Shown in pieces: positions 42,011 to 54,174 of a stretch of DNA of 64,000 bases (within the stretch, counting starts at the first letter, position 1; the number at the start of each line of letters is the position of its first letter). The translations under genes and the position numbers were made by a program. This stretch comes from Octopus sinensis (lineage: Eukaryota), in assembly GCF_006345805.1 (NCBI RefSeq), contig NC_043002.1, positions 56,978,001-57,042,000 on the forward strand, read 5' to 3'. The notes under the pieces were generated by a model. That model worked only from the letters and a program-made list of their open reading frames with translations. It did no database searches and had not been told where the DNA came from.

Positions 42011-42889
42011 AGGCTTCCATTTCGTTGTCACCCACATGAATAAGCAAATTTGTGAGGCCCTAAAGATTGTGACAAAAGAGATGGGTTTAAGAGCGCTGTC
42101 GCGGATGACATCGCATTTAATCCCAGGAGACAGCGTAGAACTGAGGGAATTCCGATGAGTTAGCTAACTTGAAATACTATATACTCCGAGAAATGGGTAA
42201 CAGTGCGTTGCACAAATGCCACTGGAAGTACGTATATATATATATATATCTTTGTGTTTTAAGCGCAATAAATTTATAAAACGGATATGTCAGAGTATGG
42301 TGAGAGAGTGGGGGAAAATCAGAGAGATCGTATATCATGTGATTAGGTCATCTGATTTACAGTCGAAGTTTAACTTTTTGTTCTGTTTTCATTCTCTGAT
42401 AAGAAAAGATATCGTTTAGTTTTGATTCTGTGTCAGTGTATATGATCTCAAGGTATGTATTACACGACGTCGCTAAGTTCATCATCATCATCATTATAAC
42501 CACTCACACCACTAACACTATTCCCCTCCTCCGCTTCCTCGTCATCATCACTGGTCTTATTCTTGTTGAAGGTAAAAGAATGTCAGAATCGGATCAAATG
42601 TCTTGCGATAGATTCAGTTACACTGCATTGAAGTCCTCAGTTCAAATTCCACCTCAAATATTTCTTCCTCGTAGCGTTATTTTAGTTATTTATCTATTTT
42701 GACATCGAAATTGCTGAACAGTGGCACCATTGGGGGCAGAGGTTACCAACGAGCTAATCACTGGTTTACTGCACATAACTCGGACGGACAAATATCACAC
42801 GGGGTATTTCTGTATCAATGCAGCGATTTCTCTGTTTCCTCGAGTTTGTTTACATTATTTTATGTTTCATTAATATATCGGCGAAGGAG

Positions 42890-42977
<88 letters not shown>

Positions 42978-43443
42978 CACAGGATGGGCTTCTTTCAGTT
43001 TCTGTCTCCCAGATCCTTCATAAAGCTTTGGTCGGCCAAATGTTATAACTAGAAAGCACTTGCCCAAGGTGCCACACGGTGGGACTGAAACCAGAACCAT
43101 GTGGTTGGGAAGCAAACTTCCTGAAAATTAAAAGAAAACAATGGATACATTTATTGCCTCACTTCTACCGTTTATACTCAGTTTTCATATGAAATTTTAC
43201 TCTGCACTTACCCATCAAAGGGTGACTACGCCCACTTTGAGAAGCAGGAATCTATATTTAGTTCGGAATGAGACTATAGGGCGCAGCTGTTTGGACACAA
43301 ATGATTTGGCACGGCTGACTGGACTTTCGGCTTGTTTTGGCGACAGTAATTTTTGACATTGGAGGTAAACACTCACAAACGCACACACAAAGACATACAC
43401 ATGCACGCAGGCACGCAAGCGCAGAAATATACACATGCACTTT

Positions 43444-43810
43444 GGCGCAGGATTGGCTGTGGGGTAAGTAGCTTGCTTACCAACCACATGGTTCCGGGTT
43501 CAGTCCCAACGCGTGGCACCTTGGACAAGTGCCTTCTAGTATAGCTTCGGGTCGACCAAAGTCTTGTGAGTGGATTTGATAGATGGAAACTGAAAGAAGC
43601 CCGTCGTATACACATATATGTATGTGTGTGTTTGTGTTTGTCCCGCCACCATCGCTTGACAACCGAAGCTGGTGTGCTTACATTCTCGTAACTTAGCAGT
43701 TTGGCAAAGGAAACCGATAGAATAAGTACTAGGATTGCAAAAAATAAGTCCTGGAGTCTATTTGTTCGACTAAAGGTGGCCGCAGTCAAATGACTGAAAC
43801 AAGCAAAAAT
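43444..43810 (+). mobile_element. tRNA-derived SINE, family 2, with internal (TA)/(TG) tract (representative full copy)
   Basis: GGCGCAGG..GGCTGTG.GGTAAG..AACCACATGGTTCCGGGTTCAGTCCCA..GAAACTGAAAGAAGCCCGTCG..ATGACTGAAACAAG. Many copies, e.g. 1995-2140, 8069-8792, 16866-17225, 24290-24620(-), 27780-28150(-), 29060-29350(-), 38701-38930, 42700-43120(-). Confidence 0.85.
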
Positions 43811-44822
43811 GTAAAAAAAGTAAAAGAGTATACAAATAGAGTGAGAGAGGAGGGGGGGGGGTTAAAGAAGGAGGAAGAGGGAGGAAGAGAGAGAGAGACA
43901 TTACAATTTATCAATTAAATACGATTGATATAAACACTTTCTCTCTTCTCATGAACATAAAGAGAAATACGTGAAGATGCATAAACAGAGAGAGAGAAGG
44001 AAGGAGAGACGGAGGAAGAGAGAGAGAGAGAGATAGATAGATAGAGAGAGAGAGAAGGAGAGACGGTGGAAGAGAGAGAGAGAAGGAAGGAAGGAAGGAA
44101 GGAGAGAGAGGAGCGACAGAGGGAAGAGAGAGAGAGAGATAGAGAAGGAAAGATAGAACGAAATAAACATTAAAACGTCTGATGTCAAATAAGTCAGCGT
44201 CGAATCAGCGACGCCAAATTGGCAGCGCCAAAACGGCTGCACCAAGACGAATCATAACATCCTAATTAGGCGCTACTTAATTAATGTGATTCTTTCGACT
44301 CTTTCGAATATAATCAACAATAAACATTCACAATACCCCGGGTTCGTGTCAATATTTGACTTCCAGGATTCCAAAAGGAAATAACTTCATTTATCCATTT
44401 ATAGTTGTTGTTGTTGTTGTCTAGCCTCAGGACAGCACTTATCGTGCAGTCCCTTAGTTTAAAGACATTCTAGTTGTGACCATTCCATCTTTTTTCCCAG
44501 ACATTGCGCACGCAAGACTTACGTTAGCTAATATTTTTCTTTTTACCCCTTTTATTAAAACGTTAGAATGTGATTTGAGGGCGGTTTAGTTACTGTCTCT
44601 AGCAGGTTAAAAAACCATGTTGAGGTTCCCTTATTGCTTCTTTCAGATTATTGCATTCTGGGAACTTAAACTGCCCTACTTCCAAATCTAGAGTTAGGTT
44701 AACGCTCATTTAAATATTTCTGGATGGCTAATTATAGCAGAGGTAATTATAACAGAGGTAAATGATTTACCCCTCTACTAAACTTGCTGGCCTTATGTCT
44801 TTGATAGAACGCATTACCTATA

Positions 44823-45687
44823 CAGGGTGCGGTGAATAAATTGTCGTCTAAATTACGCAAAAATGAAAATAACGCTGACATCTCATTTTAACAGATATAT
44901 TTACCAAAATTACATTTAAAAAAATCTTGAAATACTAAAGAGGAAATTTATTCAATAAAATCGCCATTGGTTTCAGCCATGGACCCCAGATGACTTTGGA
45001 ATTTCCTGCAACTCTTCTGGGCGGTCTCCTTGTTTAAGTTGGTGAATGCTGCCATAATCCTTGCCTTCAGTTCATCTTTGGTGTTACAAGGAGTTTTGTT
45101 GGTCTCTCGCTCAACTGCGAACCACACATAATAATCAAGGGAGTTGCAGTCTGGGGAGTTAGGTGGCCAGATGTTAGGGGTGATGTGGTCGCAGAAATTG
45201 TCTAACAGCCATTATTTGGTTCTCCTGCTTGTGTGGCATGGTGCAGAGTCCTGTTGCCAGACATAGTGTCTTCCAGTAGCCACCCTCTTCACACAGGGCA
45301 GCATTACTTCCACCAGTCACTTGATGTAGGCCTTCGTGTTGAGTCTGAGGCCGTGTGGGAAGATGAATGGAGGCATAACGTCGCCATCACTAGTGATCAC
45401 TCCAAACACCCCGATGCTGACTGGATGCTTGATTTTCATCACTCTCGGTACATGTCCTCAGTTTGCACTGCCCTCAGATTGACACCCAAACACTCTAGAA
45501 ATTTCATATTGGAGCTTCCGGCGTGAATGCCATACAGTACAGCATGTCGTTTCCAAATTTCTGGCAGAGTGAATTGCGTCATGATGCTGTTTTTTCTCAT
45601 AGACGGTGCCCAACTGACTCTACTATTCTGTATAATCGACAAAATAAAAAAAACAAACAATGGCGACAATTTACCCATCGCACTCTG
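44823..45687 (-). mobile_element. IS630-Tc1-mariner (maT-like) deletion derivative with TIRs and TA TSD; further 3'-end fragments at ~40500-40604 and ~48730-49100
   Basis: TIRs cagggtgcggtgaataaattgtcg / cgacaatttacccatcgcactctg flanked by TA. Minus-strand WPPNSPDCNSLDYYVW..NGDFIE*. Confidence 0.8.
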
Positions 45688-46236
45688 TATATACAAACTG
45701 ATTAGTTACAAACGATCAGGATTTAGAAATTATAAGAAACTGAAATATAACTAGATTCATTTTTCTCCTCAGTTAATCAATAACGATTATAATTCTTGAA
45801 CTATTTTAAATGTTAATTAATAGATATAATTTCGATGGTAGAATTTCTACTTCAGCTTATTACAGTGTGAATAGATTTCTATAATGTAAACCTATAATTA
45901 GGTTTTATAGAAATCAAATTATTGATACGTATATTTAGCAAGGAGATTAAAACACATTTATATATTGCAGTGTGTGTGTGTGTATGCTAAATTATTGAAA
46001 GAATACGTAACCGCAAACACAACGCACTCGATATTGATCTCTGTGTAAGGAATAGAGAAATATAACGTAACAGAGGTCTGAGGGTCAACAAACGAAAATA
46101 TTTTCTCTAAAATTAGCAGAGGAAAGAAAATTCTCCGACAAGTACAAACATCGCATCCATTACACGCTAACCATTGTTTGTCATTGTGACCTAAATTGAT
46201 CAGGAACCTGGTCTTGTTAGTTCCAGATTCCTTTAG

Positions 46237-46355
46237 GGTGTAGAAGTAATATTTGAAGACTTCATCAAACTTTCGTATGGTCTACCAGGGCAAGTTAACC
46301 TGGAAGAGCAGAAATTCTCCAAATACCACGTATGGAAATATTTGAGGGCCACAAT
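46237..46355 (+). CDS. Candidate isolated coding exon of an unidentified plus-strand gene
   Basis: Acceptor ttccagattcctttag, donor AAT|GTAAGT, 119 nt. Only phase 0 is open: GVEVIFEDFIKLSYGLPGQVNLEEQKFSKYHVWKYLRAT. Non-repetitive context; no homology recognised. Confidence 0.3.
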
Positions 46356-47254
46356 GTAAGTTAATAAAGCAGCCTGCAACCATACCCCCCACCGACGAAC
46401 ATAGAATATATTCACAGTTTCCTAATTTATAGTTTAAGTGGACTGCGTCATTTGAAAGTTAAGAATCGAAGCTACTGACAAATGGCAACGCTACCTCGAA
46501 ATAAAGTAAATATTTGGCACTTTTCGTACCGGAAGGCTTTGTTATATTTTTTTAAATCAGGGTAATTAAGAGCGTTAAATGAAATGCTTTATTGTCCTCT
46601 AAAATAGTTAAAATTCACCGAGAGTGCTCTCAAAGAATTTGTCTGTTATTCAGCGATTTCAACAAATTTATAGAACATTGAAAATTTAAGTCATCTTTCT
46701 AATACAAATATATTATCATAAAAACTAAAAACTTGAATGCACGCACTGGCGTGTTGGTTTTATGCGGGTTTCACGTTTATACTTAAACATATAAATGATT
46801 TCAAGATGTAACATGTCCAAAACTTTGCTGTTACACATACACGCATATAATACTGTTTATGAAATAATTATTAGCAACCGAAGCAATATTGCTACCAAAA
46901 GGTGATATTTATCCCTACTTAAAAGTGGATGTTGTATTGGAACACGAAATATTGCGATAGTTACCACAAGAGAAATTCTTACGCTTGCTTTCGGTGCTTA
47001 TAAGCATTTTTGTTTACATCGCTAGCGAATAGGTAAATCATCCGCCTTCGCTACCACCGAGACTACTAGATCATGTGTTTTCAGCCTTCCTTGGCCTTGT
47101 CAATGGTAGGCGCTCGGACGCTGGAGATAGTAGTGATATCTCTGCCAGTGATATACACACAATCACGAATAGTCAGTGGGTTTCTTAAGAAAATAATCTG
47201 TGACTACCAGATCTCGTGATTTTGGCCTTCCTAGGTCTTAATATACCCACGCAT

Positions 47255-47470
47255 GCACGCACACACACACACATGCACGCATACACACACACGCACACGC
47301 GCGCACACACACGCACGCGCGCGCACACACACGCACGCGCGCGCACACACACGCACGCGCGCGCACACACACGCACGCGCGCGCACACACACGCACGCGC
47401 GCGCATACACACGCACGCGTGCGCACACACACGCACGCACGCGCACACACATGCACGTACACGCGCGCAC
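47255..47470. repeat. 20-bp alternating purine/pyrimidine minisatellite (gcgcacacacacgcacgcgc)n
   Basis: About 7 near-perfect units. Confidence 0.85.
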
Positions 47471-47524
47471 ACACATCCACAGCTCTCTCTCACATACACT
47501 CGTACAAATAGAAAGTCAGCGTAA

Positions 47525-47732
47525 GGCAGCGAGCTGGCAGAATTGGCAGTACGCTGGACGAAATGCTTAGCGGCATTTCGCTACGCTCTGAGTTCAAATT
47601 CCGCCAAGGTCGACTTTACCTTTCATCCTTTCGGGGTCGATAAATTAAGTACCAGTTGAGTACTGGGGATCGATCTAATCGACTATCACCCTCCCCCAAA
47701 TTTCAGGCCTTGTGATTATAATAGAAAAGAAT
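47525..47732 (+). mobile_element. tRNA-derived SINE, family 1 (representative copy)
   Basis: GGCAGCGAGCTGGCAGAA..GAGTTCAAATTCCGCC(A)AGGTCGAC..AAGTACCAGTT..GGCCTTGTG. Other copies at ~560-1190(-), 2500-2705(-), 4335-4500, 10382-10563, 20600-20815(-), 24745-25140, 36525-36700, 56100-56500. Confidence 0.85.
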
Positions 47733-48255
47733 ATAAAGTCAACGTGCAGGGATGCATATAAACCCGTTAATGAGATTGTATATACGAAACCATTTGTTGC
47801 AGACGTGGGTGACTCTTTAAAAATTAGTTAAGTAAAAGCATTTTGTAGATCTTGGTGGAGATAATTTTATCTGATTGTAGTTAATTTTAGTGAACGTAGG
47901 GATACGTAATGGAGGAATATGAAGTATAGTTGTTAGTAAGGGGATTATTTAACGTATGTAGGTTAATATTTAAGAAGGAGAAGGAGGAAGGTAATGATCA
48001 GCAATGACTATTGGAGAAATTTACAAGCTTAAAATGTCTTGGAGTTTTAAAGGGTTTTATGTTTGCGGAAGGAGAATAAATCTGAGTAACGGTTTAGTTG
48101 TTGAGTTTTAGAGAAGAGGATTTTATAGGATTCAGCTGTACAGACCTGGCACGCTTTTTCTTTGTTCGTTTGGTATTGTTGTGCATGAGTCATCATTCTC
48201 TAATTAATGCTATATGGAATGTTTTTCGATTTCAGTGATCATATATATAAGTGAA

Positions 48256-48585
48256 GGCACATGGCTCAGTGGTTAGAGCGTCGAGCTTACGATCGTGAGG
48301 TTGTGAGTTCGATTCTCGGACCGGTCTGCGTGTTGTGTTCTTGAGCAAAACACTTTATTTCATGTTGCTCCAGTTCACTCAGCTGTAGAAATGAGTTTCG
48401 ACGTCACTGGTGCCAAGCTGTATCGGCCTTTGCCTTTCCCTTGGATAACACTGGTGGCGTGGAGAGGGGAGGCTGGTATGCATGGGCGACTGCTGGTCTT
48501 CTATAAACAATCTTGCCCGGACTTGTGCCTGGGAGGGTAACTTTCTAGGTGCAATACCATGGTCATTCATGACCGAAGGGGGTCT
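48256..48585 (+). mobile_element. tRNA-derived SINE, family 3
   Basis: GGCACATGGCTCAGTGGTTAGAGCG..GAGTTCGATTC.. head, then CTTGAGCAAAACACTT..CACTCAGCTGTAGAAATGAG; partial relatives at ~22570-22640 and ~50780-50960. Confidence 0.8.
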
Positions 48586-49128
48586 CCTCCTTCTATATTT
48601 ATAGGAACAGGAGTGGCTGTGTGGAAATAAGCTTGTTTTCTAACCACATGGTTCTGGATTCAGTCTCACTGCATGGCACCTCGTGCAAGTGGAAGACCCT
48701 ATTTCTGAAAAAAAAAACAGGACTCTGCATTGAGCCACACAAGCAGGATAACCCAGTCATGGCTGTTAGACATCAGCAGTAAAATCTGGCCACCTAACTC
48801 CCCAGCTGCATCCCACTTAATTAGGTGTATGGCGCGGTTGAGCGAGAAACCAAACACCAAACAAGGCAAGGATTATGGCAGCGTTCACCAACTTAAGGGC
48901 ACCGTCCAGAAGAGTTGTAGGAGATTCCAAAGTCGTCTGAAGGCCGTGGTTGAAGTGAATGGCGATTTTATTGAATAAATTTACTCTTTAGTATTTCAAG
49001 ATATTTCTATGTAATTTTGGTAAATATTTATGTTTAAATGAGATGTTAATGTTATTTTCATTTTTGTGTAATTTAGACGACAATTTATTCACTGCACCCT
49101 GTATATCTTTATATATATAAAACTGAGA

Positions 49129-49161
<33 letters not shown>

Positions 49162-49505
49162 TGTCTGTCTGTCTGTCTGTCTATCTGTCTGTCTATCTGT
49201 CTGTCTGTCTGTGTGTTTTCCTAAAACTTGAGAACTACACAACTAATTTCATTCAAATTTTACACATGCCTTACATATAGTTTCATGGGCAAAAAAAATG
49301 TTCAACCTCTTGCCTAGAGCGAGCCCATAGCAATATCATATCTTCTCTACTATTTCAGTATTACATGTTAAAAGTGAAACAAAAACATTTCTCTATTTTA
49401 TGTCAGATACTTTCACTTTAACAATAAAAATAATATATATATTTGTGTGTGTGTCTGTACATTATTTACAATGGATGGATAGGTGTTCTCACCTTGTGTG
49501 CTGTT

Positions 49506-49735
49506 GCCACAACATTTCGGCTGATGTACTCTCCAGCCTTCATCAGGTGTTCTAGTGGAATCTCAAACCTAACCCCTTATTTGACTAATAGGGTACTCTG
49601 TTCTCATTCCTAAGGTTTTTTTGTTCTTGCTGATGTTATTTTTTCTGTTGATTTTGTTTCCCAAATCTCAACCTGGGATTGAACTCAGAATCCGAGGGTT
49701 GGTAGCCCGCGCTCTTATCCACTACACTATATGCC
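49506..49735 (-). mobile_element. tRNA-like head (A/B boxes) followed by a degenerate HHR, at the 3' end of a Penelope remnant
   Basis: Minus strand: TAGTGTAGTGG (A-box-like) ... GAGTTCAATCCC (B-box-like) at 49735-49665, then aacac CTGATGA aggctg..cagcc GAAA tg TT gtggc at 49551-49506. Confidence 0.55.
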
Positions 49736-50490
49736 GCTATATGCACTAGGTCTGCTTAGGAGATTATTGTGTCCTACCATATGTGCTGCCTCTTTTAGTT
49801 TTCCTATTTTCCAGTGGTGTTCTCTGTCTATTATTTTAACTTCATCCCGGAGGGGGAAGTGGTCTCCGTTTTTCCATACAAGATCAGCTATACCCGATTT
49901 ATCAATATCTCCTCGTGTCACACCTTAACGATGTTCCTCTATCCTTATTCTAAGTGGGCAGTATGTTTCGTATAACCTACCGCAACTGCATCGGATGGAG
50001 CACATACACCCTTTGGTCATGTTCTCTTCTCTGGGTGGTTTTACTCGGAGGAGATATTTGCGAAGTGTTGTATTACTTTTGAATACTGCTCTGATGTCGT
50101 ATGGACCGCATATCTTTTGTATCTTTTCCGAGAGGTCTTTCACATAGAGTAGACAGACCGTGGTCAGTTTATGGGTTTCAACCTCTTTCCTCTTCCTAAT
50201 TGGAGTGGAGACTATGTTTTCTGGGTAGTTGTTGCATATTTGATTGTTTCTTAGCCTGATCATTTCTTCGTGGCGTGTATCAGTAATCGCAACTTATATT
50301 CTTTGCTCGATGTTTTAGGTACTGAGAAATCCCTATCTTTATACTGTATGGATGGTGGGAATTGAAGTTGAGGTATCGTCCAGTGAAGATTGGCTTGTGG
50401 TATACGGATGTCCTGAACCCATACTCAGTGCGCGTTATTAATACATCCAGGAATGGCAGCTGATTATCTTTTTCCTTTTCCATTGTGTAC
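49727..50490 (-). mobile_element. Penelope-like element remnant (RT thumb + GIY-YIG endonuclease), frameshifted
   Basis: Peptides LPFLDVLITR..TSVYHKPIFTGRYLNFNSHHP (PLE RT C-terminus), CSCGRLY..LRIRIEEHR and SGIADLVW..KIIDREHHWK..KLKEA (GIY-YIG region). Confidence 0.85.
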
Positions 50491-51261
50491 ATAATTCCTT
50501 GTCTCAAAAATATAGACTGTGTGTGTCTGTGTTTGCCACCCCGCCATCGCTTGACAACCGATGCTGGTGTGTTCACGTCCCTGTAACTTATGACTGAAAC
50601 AAGTAAAAGAATATATATATATAACGAAAAACTATTATCGTAATTGTTTTGTATTGTTACGGTTTGGATCATTAGATCTTTAGAGTATCCATCGCGTTTA
50701 TTTTTGCGTGGGAAAAATAAAATACAATGCTGCTTTCAGTTTATAAACTTGTATTTACCTCCGTTGCAATATGACATAAAGGCGCATAGCCTAGTGGTTA
50801 GGATGTTACGTTCACGACTGTAAGATCGGAGTTTCGAGTTCTGGGCCGGGCGATGCGTTGTGTTCTTCAGCAAAACACTCCATTTTATATTACTTCAGAC
50901 CTCTCAGCTGTAAAATGAGTTTCAGTAATAAATGGGAAGTTAACTCTGAGATGGATTAATGTCCTGTTCGTAATCTCAGTCAATTGTATACCATTGAAAC
51001 CGAGTTAAGTCAGGGCCCTCTTGGCAGCCCCATATGCGACTGGGCAACTCACTGCGCTGGGCCCTATAATATTTACTTACTGACAGTAAGTTATAACATA
51101 CATTTACCAGAATTGAACCCTTAGGCCCGTGAGGCCCCTAAACAACTGTTCAGTGTGTCCTCACATTGACACATCACCGGATTAAGTCCCGATGTTTTGA
51201 ATTCTGTGGCTCAAGACACAGAAAAGAAAAAACGAAAAACCGAAAGACAGTTAAACAAGTG

Positions 51262-51683
51262 GGATCTTTTCGGTTTGAATGGCAGTTTTTAACATAATTT
51301 CTAGGTAACTAAAAAATTTTAAACTTCGTATACTGGTAGAATGTGTTTATAAAACATCTATTTCTCTTGGTTTTATTGAGAAAATTCTATAGTTTGTAAG
51401 ATATTTGTTGTTTTTTTCTTCAATTTCTGCAATTTCAACCAATCAATGACGTCCATTGAGGTAAAAAAAACATTCTGTGCCGTATGAATATGTCCCTCGT
51501 TTAAGAAACAGATTGGGTTTATTTACATTTGTGAAGAAAAAAAGATACCTTTCCCCCACCCCTAACTAACCCTAACCCTAAAATAGATTGAGATGCAATA
51601 GATCGATACTAGGGTCATAATTATGGGTGACAATTTCATATGACATCTCCAGAAAAAAACTGCCGTTCAAACCGAAAAGATCC
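51262..51683. mobile_element. MITE with 29-bp GG-initiated TIRs, probable 8-bp TSD and an internal telomere-like tract
   Basis: ggatcttttcggtttgaa(t/c)ggcagttttt at both ends; flanks aacaagtg / aacatgtg (7/8 match); ccctaactaaccctaaccctaa at ~51560-51582. Confidence 0.8.
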
Positions 51684-52521
51684 AACATGTGTTTCTAACA
51701 TGTCTGAAAGAACAAGCAACAACGGGACATGAAGATTGGTTTCCGAACTTTGTTCATTCTCGTTGTTCGTTAGGAATATTAGTTTGTCGTTCTTTTCTCG
51801 TTTCGTTTTCTGTTTTTTCTTTCTTTCTGTTTCAATCTTTTGAAAACTAATTTCTTTATTTCTTCGTTCGTTCTATTTCCTTTTCTCCATTATTCCATTC
51901 GTTTTATATTCTTTTCTCCATTATTCCGCTCGTTCGTTCGTACATTCACCATACGCTTTGTCTGTCTCTCACTCTCACTCTCTCACTCACCCACCCATAC
52001 ACCCACACATACGCATATCCATATTGCTCTCACCTCTCCCTCTCTTTGTTTTTCCTCTTTATCTTGCTCTCTTTTACTCGCTCCTATCTTTCCACTTCTC
52101 TCTCTCACTCTTTCTCTCTTTGTCCAGCTTACTCTTTTTCGCCCTACCTTTTACTCCCACTCCCTATGACAACTACCACGTAAATAAATAAATGAAAAAT
52201 ACAATTTGTCGTTTTACGCCCTTCATTCAACGGCAAAAATGTAGAGCTTATATCGGACGCCATAGTAGCAAGACACAGACACACACACACATTGTAAACA
52301 ATGTTTGTTATTTCACACGCCAAGGAGAATTAAAGGAATGAGTTACAACAATGTGTTCAATGGCTGGAAGGGTGTTGACTTAGTTGCAACACCTCCAATT
52401 CACAGGTTGCTTGTCACTGGTTGCCCTCGGCAGAGCTTCACCTTGCTACGAGAATATATTACCTAATTAAGTGTGTAGAGCACGGTGGCTCTTGACACCG
52501 TACATACCATGCGTTATATAT

Positions 52522-52553
<32 letters not shown>

Positions 52554-52870
52554 TGTATGTATGTATGTATGTATGTATGTATGTATGTATGTATGTATGT
52601 ATGTGTGTGTGTGTATAATGTATTATATTATGTATGTTTATATATATATAATGTTATATACATATGTTTATACATATATTATGTTTATATATATATATAT
52701 ATATAGTGACGTATTTTTGCCATTTCAATATAGCTAACCCCTAAGGGTGGATGCTACTGTAGTTTTTAGCCCCAGGAGGACACACTCCTCCAGCTGGCCA
52801 TAGACACACTATCTGTGTCCTGTCAGTATTTGCAAAGGGAAGTCATCCTTCCCGTCTTCAACTTATGATA

Positions 52871-52915
52871 CACACGGACTCGAGTTTCGAGGTATTGACC
52901 TCTCGTCAGCGTGTG
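52871..52915 (-). ncRNA. Minimal type I hammerhead ribozyme
   Basis: CACACG CUGACGA GAGGU-CAAU-ACCUC GAAA C-UCGA-G UC^CGUGUG: intact core, 6-bp stem I, 5-bp stem II with G10.1-C11.1, palindromic stem III, GUC cleavage triplet. Confidence 0.9.
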
Positions 52916-53223
52916 ACAATCATAGTTGTCGCCGAGAATTAGATTTCCTTCACAAATACTTATACTTTTTCCAGCGTCCACTGTCGCTGATATTGAAAAA
53001 GTGAAATCAAACAATGATAAATATCAAAGTGAGTTATATACAGTAGCGGTAACACATTGTGACGTATTTTTGCCATTTCAATATGGCTAACCCCTAAGGG
53101 TGGATGCTACTGTAGTTTTTAGCCCCAGGAGGACACACTCCTCCAGCTGGCCATAGACACACTATCTGTGTCCTGTCAGTATTTGCAAAGGGAAGTCATC
53201 CTTCCCGTCTTCAACTTATGATA

Positions 53224-53268
53224 CACACGGACTCGAGTTTCGAGGTATTGACCTCTCGTCAGCATGTG
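53224..53268 (-). ncRNA. Minimal type I hammerhead ribozyme (second copy)
   Basis: Same as 52871-52915 except one stem I pair becomes U.G (CACAUG/CGUGUG). Confidence 0.88.
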
Positions 53269-53457
53269 ACAATCATAGTTGTCGCCGAGAATTAGATTTC
53301 CTTCACAAATACTTATACTTTTTCCAACGTCCACTGTCGCTGATATTGAAAAAGTGAAATCAAACAATGATAAATATCAAAGTGAGTTATATACAGTAGC
53401 GGTAACACATCGTGACGTATTTTTGCCATTTCAATATGGCTAACCCCTAAGGGTTAT

Positions 53458-53562
<105 letters not shown>

Positions 53563-54174
53563 GTGTGTGTGGTGTGTGTGTGTGGTGTGTGTGGTGTGTG
53601 TGTGTATATATATATATATATATTACGAGCAAAACGCCCCCCGTCCAATGGACGGTGCTGAGTTGTCAAACATCTAAACAAAATTTTCTCAAAACAACTT
53701 GTCCGACCGTCCCATAGGCCTCCCCTTTGAGAAACACTGATTTAACCTAAATTTGAGACACCAGCAAAAGAAGAAATAAAGATAAATTTTTTTCCCATTC
53801 CAAAGAAAAACGATTTTATTCACGCAAATATGCAATCGAAGAGTTTAAAGTACCAGTAATGATAAAGCTGTTGACTGAGAGAACACAAACATAGTTTAGA
53901 CAGTAAGCTTGGCAGGAAAGAAACGTGCCTTTAAGCAGTACAAAAACAACAAAAAATGGAAGGTGCAGTTATGTACAGGTTGACGGAAGAAAAGCAGGAC
54001 AAAAGCGGCTTTATCGATCGCATTCTCACCTGGAATCGATTTTTGTAATTTTTTCAAGACTTATACACGCCCAGATACCGTCTACATATCAAATTTGAGC
54101 GCAATCGGGTGGAGGATGCCCGAGATCATAGAAGACACACACACAGACAGACAGAACGGATTTTATATAATAGA

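Larger units (their letters stand above)
52706..53454 (-). mobile_element. Non-LTR retrozyme-like tandem array (353-bp unit, 2 copies + 43 bp) with one hammerhead per unit
   Basis: Unit starts gtgacgtatttttgcc recur at 52706, 53059 and 53412. Near-identical copies, flanked on both sides by (TA)n, no meaningful ORF, HHR in each full unit. Confidence 0.85.

Noticed and set aside
48256-48330. tRNA-gene-like sequence
   Set aside because: No acceptor stem closure; it continues into a SINE body, so it is a tRNA-derived SINE head.
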